A stretch of DNA of 52,984 bases from Candidatus Yonathbacteria bacterium (GTDB lineage: Bacteria; Patescibacteriota; Minisyncoccia; Phycocordibacterales; JACNGX01): NCBI GenBank assembly GCA_013334825.1, contig JAAXWR010000002.1:100025-153008 (forward strand), read 5' to 3'. Every line of letters starts with the position of its first letter. Positions within the stretch are counted from its first letter, which is position 1. Shown here piece after piece: positions 9,147 through 18,749 of this stretch. The notes under the pieces are model-generated. The model was not told the DNA's origin and did not search any database. It saw only the letters and a list, made by a program, of their open reading frames with translations. Position numbers and translations under genes: made by a program.

Positions 9147-9329
9147 CTTGTCGGTTAACTCCGGCAAGCATGGCAATAAATACCCGCTAGAGATCAAAGG
9201 ACTCCTGGTCAGAGTCACTCTAGCGGGTCATATCTGGAAACAGGTATGGGTTCGGCCGAAAGGTTGGATCGCGATGGTCAGGAGCCTTTTGATTATCTGG
9301 TTCACTCCGTCGATTAAAAACCCGCTAGA
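9147..9329 (+). ncRNA. Candidate structured RNA / cis-regulatory leader
   Basis: Several hairpins, two with GAAA tetraloops, plus mutually exclusive long pairings upstream of the immunity gene. Confidence 0.5.
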
Positions 9330-9334
9330 AAATT

Positions 9335-9559
9335 ATGAAAACAATACGAATCGTTCTTGGTTTGCTTTTCTGTCTTACTATTTATTTTCTTCCCACAGGA
9401 ATTGCAATTATTAGAAGCCGATCGAATACAGTAGCAATCCTTGTACTTGATCTATTCCTGGGTTGGACAGGAATTGGTTGGGTGGTCGCCTTAATTTGGG
9501 CAGTTGCCACAGATACGCCAAAGTCAGTAGTTCAGCAAACTCCTCAGCAAAAGATTTAA
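9335..9559 (+). CDS. Superinfection immunity protein (T4 Imm-like)
   Basis: YFLPTGIA..R..N..AI..L.LFLGWTGIGWVVALIWA signature. Confidence 0.9.
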   Translation: MKTIRIVLGLLFCLTIYFLPTGIAIIRSRSNTVAILVLDLFLGWTGIGWVVALIWAVATDTPKSVVQQTPQQKI

Positions 9560-9790
9560 AGTGTGAATGAATATGTGGAGAAAGGGGTGGATATCTCGCC
9601 TTAGACTTCCGTGGGAGTTTTACCCTTTTTCATTTTTTAAGTATCTATAAAATAGCTTTGTTTTTAGCCAAAGTTGTGTAATCTCTTACCCCAAAATACC
9701 TGTTTTTATGGTGTAAAAGTCGGTATGTATTGGTCATAAAATTCCCCAGTTTTTGTGGAAGATCTGGCGGATAAGATTTTATCGAATTCT

Positions 9791-9902
9791 GGATGTGTAC
9801 ACCATAAGTATTTTTGATGTTTTCCTATTTTGTCTTTATTTTAAAGCCTTTAATCTTAAAAATAGGGGGGTCAAAAAAGCCCATCTTATGGTGTACACAT
9901 CC
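9791..9902. repeat. Perfect 18-bp inverted repeat with a 76-bp spacer
   Basis: ggatgtgtacaccataag (9791-9808) / cttatggtgtacacatcc (9885-9902). Confidence 0.9.
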
Positions 9903-10243
9903 AATTTGATTAATAGGACTAATAACCCGTCTTAATGCTGTAAAAGTCTTTGGGCTATTTTGTTTTATCCTTATTTAAGGCTGTATTCTGGATGGTCTAA
10001 CTCGGACTTTTACAGGATCCTGGTTCTGGCGAATAGCGACCAAGACGGGTCACTGTCTGAGACTCGAACCGAGTATAATAAGGCTCAACAGTGGGGCATC
10101 AAACACACCCAACCAGACCTGTCAGCAATGAAGCGCAACGAAATGGTGCGGGACTCGAACGCGACAGAAACAAAATACTAAAAACAAAAAACCCACTTCA
10201 TGGTATGGTAGTGGGTTGTTTCACATGATGTGAAGTGATTATA

Positions 10244-11077
10244 TTACAGTGCCGTTGCAAACATGACAGGACAATCATAGCCATGTTTTGCATCGTAGCG
10301 GATTTTCGGAATGTTTTCACCACTCCAATGTTGCATGTTCACGTGAGAGATACGAGACGTGTTGAAGACGACATGATGGTGTTGTATGATGCGGGTCTCC
10401 TGTGAGAACTTCCAGAACAGATATCCGAGAGCAAATGGCGTTTGTTGCATATCCGCGACACGACTGTTGGCAAAGTCATTGTTGGCGCCTCTTCCTGAGC
10501 AATCAAACTTTGACTCCAGGAGTACTACACAGCGATGATTGAGAGAGTTGAACACTTCAAGTCCTCCAAACTCCTGCCAGATACACATTGCCAGAGATTC
10601 CGCGCAATCTTCATACTCTCGCATTGTTTTGGGAGCGATTTCATCGAGCGATTGGCCAGCAATAAACAGGTTAAGATGTTCCGCTCTCAGGTCATCGATG
10701 TTTTTCGGTGCTACCGTTGCAAAGACCGTAAGGGGATAGACCCGACAGATTTCGAATCCTCCACCATAGCGGTTGCAGACCACCATCTGCCGATTGTTTT
10801 CGAGGTTGGGCGGTGTGATGCCAAGATTTTTTTCACCGGACACAATGTTTGCAATCGCCTCATTTCGGGCATTGGTGTAAAGCTCGCGAAGGTGACCATC
10901 AAGGTCTATCGCTTCACGAAACACATCAGGGTGCAAACCGTAGTCCAGATTGTAGAAACTTTTTGCATTCGGATTGTGGAGAAAAAAACGACGAGTTTTA
11001 ATCAAATCAAGCACGACACGATTGGCGTGCTCTGCCTGCTCGGGGGTGTAGGCGTGATTGTCATAATAGTGTGTCAT
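10244..11077 (-). CDS. Hypothetical protein (orphan cassette)
   Basis: 277-aa ORF with AGGAGG RBS; terminator hairpin at ~10188-10220. Confidence 0.75.
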   Translation of the reverse strand: MTHYYDNHAYTPEQAEHANRVVLDLIKTRRFFLHNPNAKSFYNLDYGLHPDVFREAIDLDGHLRELYTNARNEAIANIVSGEKNLGITPPNLENNRQMVVCNRYGGGFEICRVYPLTVFATVAPKNIDDLRAEHLNLFIAGQSLDEIAPKTMREYEDCAESLAMCIWQEFGGLEVFNSLNHRCVVLLESKFDCSGRGANNDFANSRVADMQQTPFALGYLFWKFSQETRIIQHHHVVFNTSRISHVNMQHWSGENIPKIRYDAKHGYDCPVMFATAL

Positions 11078-11255
11078 GTGGTGTTCCTCCTGCGGATTAC
11101 CAAGGTTGTTGAAAAAACAAGGGCGTTACGTGAATCGCACTGCCGTTACGAGCATACGATAAATAATCCGTAAATGCAAGACATACTGTTTAGGGTAACA
11201 GACGAAATGTTTTTGGTTATGGCAATCGATGGTTAGTGATGATAGAATAAGATTT

Positions 11256-11702
11256 ATGCACCATATCACACTGCGTAAACAATGGGTTATCAATGCTTCT
11301 GTTGATGATGTGTGTCGTATCGTGACGGACTTTGAACACATGCCGAAGCACTTTCCCAAGGTTGCCGAATCTATACATATCAAAAAGAGGGAAGGAAATA
11401 ATCTGGAGATGGAGGCGACTGCCAAGTCATTTGGTAGGACGTTCAAGGTGAATATGCATACGGAGATTCTTCCCGGCAAAGGATTTGTTTCAGATAACGA
11501 TAGCTACCAATTTGGGACGTCGGGACATGAGGAACTTCTTCTTTCTCAACATGTAGACGGAACATTGATTGACTATACGTATCAGATTTCCATCCACAAA
11601 GTATGGCTTCGTATCGTCGCGACACCGCTTATCAAATGGTATGCGATGAAAGCATGGGAAAAAGCGTTTATCAATGAACTCAAAAAGATGGTTGAGAGAT
11701 AA
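11256..11702 (+). CDS. SRPBCC / polyketide cyclase-like protein
   Basis: VINASVDDVCRIVTDFEHMPKHFP N-terminal START-fold motif. Confidence 0.8.
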   Translation: MHHITLRKQWVINASVDDVCRIVTDFEHMPKHFPKVAESIHIKKREGNNLEMEATAKSFGRTFKVNMHTEILPGKGFVSDNDSYQFGTSGHEELLLSQHVDGTLIDYTYQISIHKVWLRIVATPLIKWYAMKAWEKAFINELKKMVER

Positions 11703-11731
11703 TATTTCTTGTGTTACTCTTACCCTACAAT

Positions 11732-12358
11732 ATGAAACTCTTTCTCGCATCATCACTCAATCAGACAATACAGAAATTCGATGAAAAGATCGAAGGTGGT
11801 TTGCGTGGTAAAACCGTTTTGTTTTTTGCAAACGCGTCGGATCCATATGACGGCGAAAAATGGTGGATTACGAATGACCGTATCGCTTTTGAGAAATTTG
11901 GATGTATTGTACATGAAGCCGATTTGAGAACTCTTGATAGCGATGCACTGCGCAAACTTCTCGACTCATCCGATATTATTCACTTTTGTGGTGGAAGTGT
12001 GGTATATCTCATGTCTCTTATTAGAGAAAGGGGCGTGGAAGAAATCATCAAAGAATACGTGTTGAGTGATAAGATTATGTATTCTGGTACGAGTGCTGGT
12101 TCTATGATTGCATCAAAAAATCTTGAGTTGTGTAAGTACGATACAGAAGAAGAGCCATTTGTGAGCAATATGAAGGATTGGTCAGGATTTGCTTTTGTTC
12201 ATGTGTACATACTTCCTCATGCAGGATCGCCTGATTTTTCAGAGACGAATAAAGAAATTGTCGGACATGTCCCCAAACACCCACAAGCAGTCATTGTCCT
12301 CTTTGACCATCAGGCGGTGTGGTATGCGGAGGAGAAATTTGAAATTGTGCAGGTTTAG
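11732..12358 (+). CDS. Peptidase S51 (dipeptidase E-like)
   Basis: IHFCGGS, YSGTSAGS nucleophile elbow, ILPH. Confidence 0.9.
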   Translation: MKLFLASSLNQTIQKFDEKIEGGLRGKTVLFFANASDPYDGEKWWITNDRIAFEKFGCIVHEADLRTLDSDALRKLLDSSDIIHFCGGSVVYLMSLIRERGVEEIIKEYVLSDKIMYSGTSAGSMIASKNLELCKYDTEEEPFVSNMKDWSGFAFVHVYILPHAGSPDFSETNKEIVGHVPKHPQAVIVLFDHQAVWYAEEKFEIVQV

Positions 12359-12382
12359 CTGCTTTAATCTTTTAAATAATAA

Positions 12383-12859
12383 ATGTCTATGTCAGGTGCA
12401 ACAATGGAAATTCTGAAAAAGGAAACATATCTGAAGGCCGTTGAGAACGCCGTCGGCACGCGAATGTTCAATTCTTTGTTCGTTCGGTTCAGTGATGATA
12501 GGGAAGCGAAGGATATTTTGAATGATGGCATGTATTCGTGTGCGTTCTTTGTGAGCGCGGTGCTTTATTTGTCCGATATGCTTGATAAGCCGTATGCGAC
12601 TGTTGCGAGTCTTCTCGGATCGCTTGAGAAAGATACACGATGGCGACAGGTTGATATCGGGGATATCAAAGCGGGTGATGTTATTGTTTGGGAAAAAATC
12701 AGATTTGATGACGGTTCCGAAAATGCGCATACTGGCTTTGGAGTGACTGGTACCGAAGCTGTCTCAACGGATTACAAACAAAAGATGGTCGCACGGCATC
12801 CTATTGTGTCTGAGACACTATCACGAAAGATAGAAGCCGTATATCGGTATAGTTGGTAA
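12383..12859 (+). CDS. NlpC/P60- or CHAP-like papain-fold protein
   Basis: SCAFFVSAVL...GDVIVW...HTGF Cys-His dyad spacing. Confidence 0.6.
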   Translation: MSMSGATMEILKKETYLKAVENAVGTRMFNSLFVRFSDDREAKDILNDGMYSCAFFVSAVLYLSDMLDKPYATVASLLGSLEKDTRWRQVDIGDIKAGDVIVWEKIRFDDGSENAHTGFGVTGTEAVSTDYKQKMVARHPIVSETLSRKIEAVYRYSW

Positions 12860-13223
12860 TATGAATTTTTCTTGTACCGCATCTTTTTTCATGGCGGTAT
12901 TTCGACACCCGCTCTATTCTCCACGAACTTCTTTGGGATCGAATTCTTTTTGGGAGGTCTACAGCAAGGAGTAGAATTATGAAAGACGAAGAGGGACACA
13001 AGGCTCTCTTTTTTGTTTATGCTGTTATAAAATGTTTGTATGACATGAGGAACCCTTATGTATCTATACTTCTGTATTCCCCAGCGTATAGAGTATATGT
13101 TGTGTAAAAGAGACACCCATCCGTGTGGAAAGATTTAATTGCGTTTGACTTCTTAGACACGGGTGATAGGATAAATATAGTATATACGTATGATTTTCTA
13201 AAATTATTTTTCATAATATTTTT

Positions 13224-14312
13224 ATGTTTATGTTCTCATCACTATTTGAACGTCAGACAGCAAAACAAGAAGGACAACATGATGTGTATGTCCAACACAA
13301 AGGAAGAGTTGCCGAAGCGGGTGATAGGTTTGTGCACGTCATGGCAGTCACACTTGATCCACAGACGGGTTACAAAGATGGTATTATCCGTTGTATTACG
13401 AGCAGGGAGGGAGAGTATGGTGTTGCTGGACAACTTGATAGAAGTGCATTATTCAAGATAAAAGCGGATTCTCTCGACAAGTTTGAAATTACAGAAGAAC
13501 TCAATATAAAGAATGCCGGGAATGTCATCACCAAGCTTAAAGGTGAAGGCGGAGATTTTATCGGTCTTGAAGATCCAGATATATGGAGAGATGAGGAAAC
13601 TGGATTGATGCATATATATTTTACTATGCCAGTGAAATTGGAAGAGAAAGATGCACAAGGTGATGACATATGGAATGTGCATTTGGGTCATGCTGTTGGA
13701 AAAGATTTGGATTCTTTGGAGATGACGGAACCGACACTCTTGGGAACTGCGGAGATGAATGCGAAAGAAGTGTCTATTGCTCCAAAAAACTCTGAGGGAT
13801 TTCGATACAATCTCTTTGAATCAAGTGATGAAAGAGATGGAGAAACCTATTCTGTCGTGCGTGTTGCGATTGCTCGTGATATGGGGAAGCCGTGGGAACT
13901 CGGAGAAATTGCCTTTCATCCGGCCGAGCACAATATCCCGTGGATTGCAGGACATGCTTCACCTGGCCCTCTTTTGTCGAAGAATTTTATTGATGTAGGA
14001 GAGAATAAATTGCTTGGAATCATGAATGGATGCGAAGCGAATAAGCATGAAGGAGACAAAATCATCTACGGCGCATTCACTGCGGGATTGTATATATATG
14101 ATTATGAAAAGGGAATGATTGATTGGGTTTCACCCGAACCTCTTATCTGGGATACGGAAGCGAGTGCAAAGAGACCTATTACATTTGCCAGTCAATTTGT
14201 GGAAGGTGCGAAAGGAGAGGGAACACTATATGCCCATGTTGATGATTCATTTGTGCGTGCATATACACTGAATGCGGAGGCACTCAAAGCGCTGTTGCCA
14301 GAAAAGAAGTGA
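13224..14312 (+). CDS. Putative five-bladed beta-propeller glycoside hydrolase (GH130/43/32-like)
   Basis: GLEDPDIW motif and repeated beta-blade patterns (WVSPEPLI, ITFAS, LYAHVDD). Confidence 0.6.
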   Translation: MFMFSSLFERQTAKQEGQHDVYVQHKGRVAEAGDRFVHVMAVTLDPQTGYKDGIIRCITSREGEYGVAGQLDRSALFKIKADSLDKFEITEELNIKNAGNVITKLKGEGGDFIGLEDPDIWRDEETGLMHIYFTMPVKLEEKDAQGDDIWNVHLGHAVGKDLDSLEMTEPTLLGTAEMNAKEVSIAPKNSEGFRYNLFESSDERDGETYSVVRVAIARDMGKPWELGEIAFHPAEHNIPWIAGHASPGPLLSKNFIDVGENKLLGIMNGCEANKHEGDKIIYGAFTAGLYIYDYEKGMIDWVSPEPLIWDTEASAKRPITFASQFVEGAKGEGTLYAHVDDSFVRAYTLNAEALKALLPEKK

Positions 14313-14363
14313 TATTTGCTTATCTTTTCAGTGTAAAAAGATAAGTTTTTATGTTTGGAAAAA

Positions 14364-14419
14364 GGCAAAAATCTCTCGCATGTTTGATGTTTTCTGCTAT
14401 AATCGGGGAATGGAAGAAT
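14364..14419 (+). promoter_or_regulatory. Promoter plus start codon, copy 1 of a 56-bp duplication
   Basis: TGcTATAAT-N6-ATG; 55/56 identical to 15455-15510. Confidence 0.85.
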
Positions 14420-15396
14420 TTCCTCTCAACAAAAAAGAATCGGGAATCAACAGAGTTGTTGGCTTTGACCATGAAAAGGAAACTGATTTTTTGGATTATT
14501 TCAAAGAAAAATTTGAAAGAAATTTTTTAGAATATGGAGAGAGAGAAAAGACCCTCGAAGAAATTGCCATTCTTAATCGTGTTAATAAGGATATGGTAGA
14601 GTTTTTACGGCATTACGGAGTTGAGGCAATTGAGATATCTCCCAATAATATTCATATACTTGATAAATCAAGATTTACTTCAGAAGAATTAAAAAAAATT
14701 CAAGAAAGATTTGGGACAGAGAGTGGTTTCTATTCTTCAAACAAACAAGGAGTCGGGATCATGAAAGATTATGAAGAAAATAAACTTTCTTTTCTTCAAA
14801 CTGTAGTGCATGAAGAACTTCATCTTCAAGGGTTCTATTCGTATCAAAAAAGTCTTCATGAAGGTGCAGAAATTACTTTAAAAAAAGAAGATGATTTGGT
14901 AGATATGAACACCCGAAGATCAGGGTTTTCTATGGGCACCACTGATGGAAAGACTCTGTTTTTTCGTGATGTTAACGAAGCTATCATTACTGAACTGCAA
15001 ATTCGTTTTGAACGTATGTTTTTAGAAAAATATCCCGAGTTAGAATCAGAGTTAGAAGCACGTGATGATTATATACAAGAAGTGGCAAGGAGAGATGATG
15101 CTCCTATAGAAAAAGTAAGAGAAGTGGTTGGAAAAGTCATTATAAATGAGGATGGGGAACGAAAGTGGAGAAGTTATGCATATCATGAAGAGCGCAAGAA
15201 GTTTGCTGAACTTATTGATGAATTGTATAAAAAGAACATGTCAGATTTTGAATCGAGAGAAGATGTGTTTAACCTCTTCGCACAAGCAACTTTGACGGGT
15301 AGGGTTCTCCCTGTTGCAAGATTGATTGAAAAAACATTTGGAAAGGGGGCATTTAGAAAACTCGGTGAAGGAAGTGCAGAGAATTATGTGGAATAA
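14410..15396 (+). CDS. Hypothetical zinc metallopeptidase-like protein
   Basis: VVHEELH (HExxH) and downstream NEAIITE, a gluzincin-like arrangement. Confidence 0.6.
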   Translation: MEEFPLNKKESGINRVVGFDHEKETDFLDYFKEKFERNFLEYGEREKTLEEIAILNRVNKDMVEFLRHYGVEAIEISPNNIHILDKSRFTSEELKKIQERFGTESGFYSSNKQGVGIMKDYEENKLSFLQTVVHEELHLQGFYSYQKSLHEGAEITLKKEDDLVDMNTRRSGFSMGTTDGKTLFFRDVNEAIITELQIRFERMFLEKYPELESELEARDDYIQEVARRDDAPIEKVREVVGKVIINEDGERKWRSYAYHEERKKFAELIDELYKKNMSDFESREDVFNLFAQATLTGRVLPVARLIEKTFGKGAFRKLGEGSAENYVE

Positions 15397-15454
15397 CATC
15401 GTATATACTCATGTATATGTTGCGTAAAAGAGACATTTCGCCTACGTGAAAAAG

Positions 15455-15510
15455 GGCAAAAATCTCTCGCATGTTTGATGTTTTCTGCTATAATCGGGGG
15501 ATGGAAGAAT
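15455..15510 (+). promoter_or_regulatory. Promoter plus start codon, copy 2 of the 56-bp duplication
   Basis: Matches 14364-14419 with one mismatch. Confidence 0.85.
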
Positions 15511-16286
15511 ATCTTACATTTGCAAAAGAACTCGCCAAAGAGGCCGAGGAAATTGCGTTGAAATATTTCGGTTTTGATACCGAGACGACGTGGAAAGGGG
15601 ATAATACACCGCTGACGCAGGCGGATACGGAAATTAATGATTTGGTTATCCAAAGGGTTAATGAGCGATATCCCGAACACAGTATATATGGAGAAGAGAA
15701 AAGTGATAGAAAAGAAGGTGCCGAATATATCTGGGTGTGTGATCCTATTGATGGCACGATGGCTTTTTCGTGCGGAATGTCAGAGTTTGTATTTTCTATT
15801 GCGTTGGTAAATGTATCAAACGGCTTACCTGTGTTTGGATTGATACATAATCCGATAATGAAAAATACATATTGGGCGCATAAAGATGGCGGAGCATATA
15901 GGGATGGAAAAAAGATTATAGTATTAAAAAAAGAAGATTTTGCAAATACATATTTAAGTACTGGGGCTTCAGGACGTGCACTTGGTTTTTCAAATCTCCC
16001 TCTTTTAAAAACATTGAGTGAAAAGAAATGCGCGACGATGAAATTCCCGGGGTTTATCTATGGTGCGATACAAGTTGCAAATGGAAAATATATCGGCGCA
16101 GTGTATTATCATAAATATGCTCACGATGTCGCCGCGCTCAAGATTATTACCGAGGAAGCGGGTGGCAAAGTAACCGATTTAAATGGAGAAGAAAGGCGAT
16201 ATGATGAAGACGGTCTTGGCTGTATCATTTCAAACGGCATCCTCCATGATGAATTGGTGCAGATTGTGCAGACGGGGAAGGTATAA
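15501..16286 (+). CDS. Inositol monophosphatase family protein
   Basis: PLTQAD, GEE, WVCDPIDGT, HDVAA...EAGGKVTDL. Confidence 0.95.
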   Translation: MEEYLTFAKELAKEAEEIALKYFGFDTETTWKGDNTPLTQADTEINDLVIQRVNERYPEHSIYGEEKSDRKEGAEYIWVCDPIDGTMAFSCGMSEFVFSIALVNVSNGLPVFGLIHNPIMKNTYWAHKDGGAYRDGKKIIVLKKEDFANTYLSTGASGRALGFSNLPLLKTLSEKKCATMKFPGFIYGAIQVANGKYIGAVYYHKYAHDVAALKIITEEAGGKVTDLNGEERRYDEDGLGCIISNGILHDELVQIVQTGKV

Positions 16287-16336
16287 TTTTTTATGGACAT
16301 TGATATATAAAACAAAGAGACAACTTTTGAATAATT

Positions 16337-17455
16337 ATGAAGACTCTGGACATTACTCAAAACGTTGATTTTTTAAAAACATCTCCGATGTTTAATTTTT
16401 CACTTGGTTCGAAAGAGCTTTTTCACAGTAATTTCTTAGCATGGTTTGTTGAAGAGTATCCTGTGAGTGCGTCACATGTACTCAACACTTTTTGTATAGA
16501 AGATGATATTCCGCGAGATATAATCAATGTTGCTCGTGAAAGAAAAAATAAAGACCTCACTATTTATTTTTCAGACAATTCAAGTCTTATAGTTGAGAAT
16601 AAAGTAAAAAGTATACCGTCACTTGAACAACTAAGTAGGTACTCCAAGGATTGTAAAGGTATGCCAGGAAAAACATCATTCCTTCTTTTGTCTCTCATGC
16701 GCCCTCTCTTTGTATTGCCAAAACCATGGCAATACATGAATTACGGTGATCTCAGTAATCTAATAGAAAAAGAGATAGTGTATATTGAAAATTCATATCA
16801 TAAAGAAATCGTATATGATTATGTGAGAATGGTTAAGGCACTTCACACTCTTGTGCAAGAGATTCATGTTGCGGATGAGGATTTGTATAATTTTTGTGAA
16901 GATGGAATACACATAATTTTTAGAGAAATACGTATAGGTGATTTATATCACAAGCTACGGTTTCAGTTATTTGCGTTACGTATAGAAACAATGTTGAAAG
17001 AGTCCTTTCCTGAGAGTATATTTTCTATTGGTGATCGCGAGGGAGAGAAAGTAGCAGGACAGTTTTATATAAATATTGGGATGACGCGCGGGCAAGGATT
17101 GGTGGAGGTTGCATATATGATTATTCCAGGTTTATTTATTACGATACAGATTCAAGATAATCATTACAAACAAATGGTACAAGGATATGCCGGTTATGGC
17201 ACTGATGCAAAGCGTGTTGCTAAGATCCTTAAAGAACATGAATGGTGGTTTAACTTTGTCCAGATACAACATAAAAAAGAATATCCCAAAGATATAAACT
17301 CCTTTAATAAATACGGCACAACAGATTTTTATCGATCGGTATCATTAGATAATTCAGTCACGGTGAGAGATATTATTTATTCAATAGTAAGTGATATACG
17401 CACGCTTAAACAACAAGAAGGAAATATTAAAGCGATTCTTCCTAAAAGAATATAA
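16337..17455 (+). CDS. PD-(D/E)XK nuclease family protein (PDDEXK_4-like)
   Basis: ELFHSNFLAWF, RE..NKDL, IVENKVKS, EQLSRY. Confidence 0.8.
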   Translation: MKTLDITQNVDFLKTSPMFNFSLGSKELFHSNFLAWFVEEYPVSASHVLNTFCIEDDIPRDIINVARERKNKDLTIYFSDNSSLIVENKVKSIPSLEQLSRYSKDCKGMPGKTSFLLLSLMRPLFVLPKPWQYMNYGDLSNLIEKEIVYIENSYHKEIVYDYVRMVKALHTLVQEIHVADEDLYNFCEDGIHIIFREIRIGDLYHKLRFQLFALRIETMLKESFPESIFSIGDREGEKVAGQFYINIGMTRGQGLVEVAYMIIPGLFITIQIQDNHYKQMVQGYAGYGTDAKRVAKILKEHEWWFNFVQIQHKKEYPKDINSFNKYGTTDFYRSVSLDNSVTVRDIIYSIVSDIRTLKQQEGNIKAILPKRI

Positions 17456-17615
17456 AAAATTATTACGAGAAATATTTCGGTATTGCTCCACAACCACTCA
17501 AAGCGGACGTGTCCGATGTAGATGAGGCGTTTACCACTCTTTGGCCAGATGTAGAAATAGTCACACAAAGAATCGGAGACGATAATAATTCCACACACGA
17601 ATAATCAGTTACTTC

Positions 17616-18707
17616 ATGTCCACCATTAACCACCTTGACCAACTTGGATATTCCTCTTTTTTTGAAGAGGGAAGGCGCGCGCTCGGCTGGGGCGATGTTT
17701 CTGTTGCACGCGTTATTTCCGAATCGCGCGGTATGTATCGCGTGAAAAATGCCGAAGGAGAATACACCGCGACGATAACAGGCAAGCGAATGTTTGATGC
17801 GTCATCGCGCGAGGATTATCCCGCTGTCGGGGATTGGGTGGCGATAGAGATGGCGGGTGCCGACCGCGCCGTGATACGCGGGATACTGCCTCGACGCACA
17901 GTGCTCAAGCGTGTGTATGGAGACGAGAACAAGTCTGGTAAAAAAGACGCCTCGCAACTCATTGCGGTCAATATCGATGTTGCTTTTATTATCATGTCGG
18001 TGGACCGCGACTTTAATCTCAATCGTATTGAACGCTATGTTGCCATTGCCGAACGTGGTGGTGTTACGCCCGCGATTGTCATCAACAAGATTGACCTCTG
18101 TGCACCCAAAGAGCGTGATACGCTATCGGCGGATCTCGGCAAGAGATTTCCCGACATTGATATCATCATGACGAGCACGGTGAACGGCGACGGTGTGGAA
18201 GTGCTGCGGACGTACATGCAAAAGGACATGACGTATTGTTTTCTTGGTTCGTCCGGCGTGGGCAAGTCATCGCTCGTGAATGCACTTCTTGGAACAGACA
18301 CAATACGAACTGGAGATATTGGTACCTATGCAAATAGAGGAAGACACGTAACGACAGCACGGCATCTCTATGTCTTGGTAGGTGGCGCCATCGTCATCGA
18401 TAATCCGGGCATGCGTGAAGTCGGTATGGCTGAGAGTGGTGACGTCGCGTCTTCGTTTGAGGAGATTGTACGTTTGTCCGAGGGGTGCAAATACGCGGAC
18501 TGTACGCATACGCATGAGCCTGGATGTGCGGTCTTGGCAGCGGTCGCAGTGGGCACGCTGGACGATGAGCAACGACTCAATTATGTCGCGCTCAAAAAAG
18601 AAGATGCATATCTGGAGATGGAAGAAAACGAAAAGAGAGAGAAAGACCGTCGTTTTGGCAAGTTTAAAAAGAACGCTCTCAAAGATTTGGGTAAGATTGA
18701 GAGGTAA
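17616..18707 (+). CDS. rsgA: Small ribosomal subunit-dependent GTPase A
   Basis: PAVGDWV OB-fold, NKID, GSSGVGKS, GRHVTT, DNPG, C-x4-C-x-H-x5-C zinc motif. Confidence 0.95.
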   Translation: MSTINHLDQLGYSSFFEEGRRALGWGDVSVARVISESRGMYRVKNAEGEYTATITGKRMFDASSREDYPAVGDWVAIEMAGADRAVIRGILPRRTVLKRVYGDENKSGKKDASQLIAVNIDVAFIIMSVDRDFNLNRIERYVAIAERGGVTPAIVINKIDLCAPKERDTLSADLGKRFPDIDIIMTSTVNGDGVEVLRTYMQKDMTYCFLGSSGVGKSSLVNALLGTDTIRTGDIGTYANRGRHVTTARHLYVLVGGAIVIDNPGMREVGMAESGDVASSFEEIVRLSEGCKYADCTHTHEPGCAVLAAVAVGTLDDEQRLNYVALKKEDAYLEMEENEKREKDRRFGKFKKNALKDLGKIER

Positions 18708-18749
18708 GGATATATCGCTCATAGGATGTTTTTTTAGTACAATACTGGT

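Larger units (their letters stand above)
4806..10127. mobile_element. Integrative element with a large serine recombinase at the tRNA-Gln(CTG) 3' end
   Basis: Recombinase gene; end symmetry gtctgg (4806) / ccagac (10113); CAGC at both junctions; 15-bp repeat at 4825-4839 and 10038-10052; displaced anti-tRNA trailer at 10144-10160. Confidence 0.75.

Noticed and set aside
9147..9329. Retron msr-msd
   Set aside because: No reverse transcriptase nearby.
10535..11173. 212-aa plus-strand ORF
   Set aside because: Antisense shadow of 10244-11077, which has the RBS and terminator.
12860..13220. Possible gene remnant in a 360-bp gap
   Set aside because: No recognisable motif or convincing reading frame.
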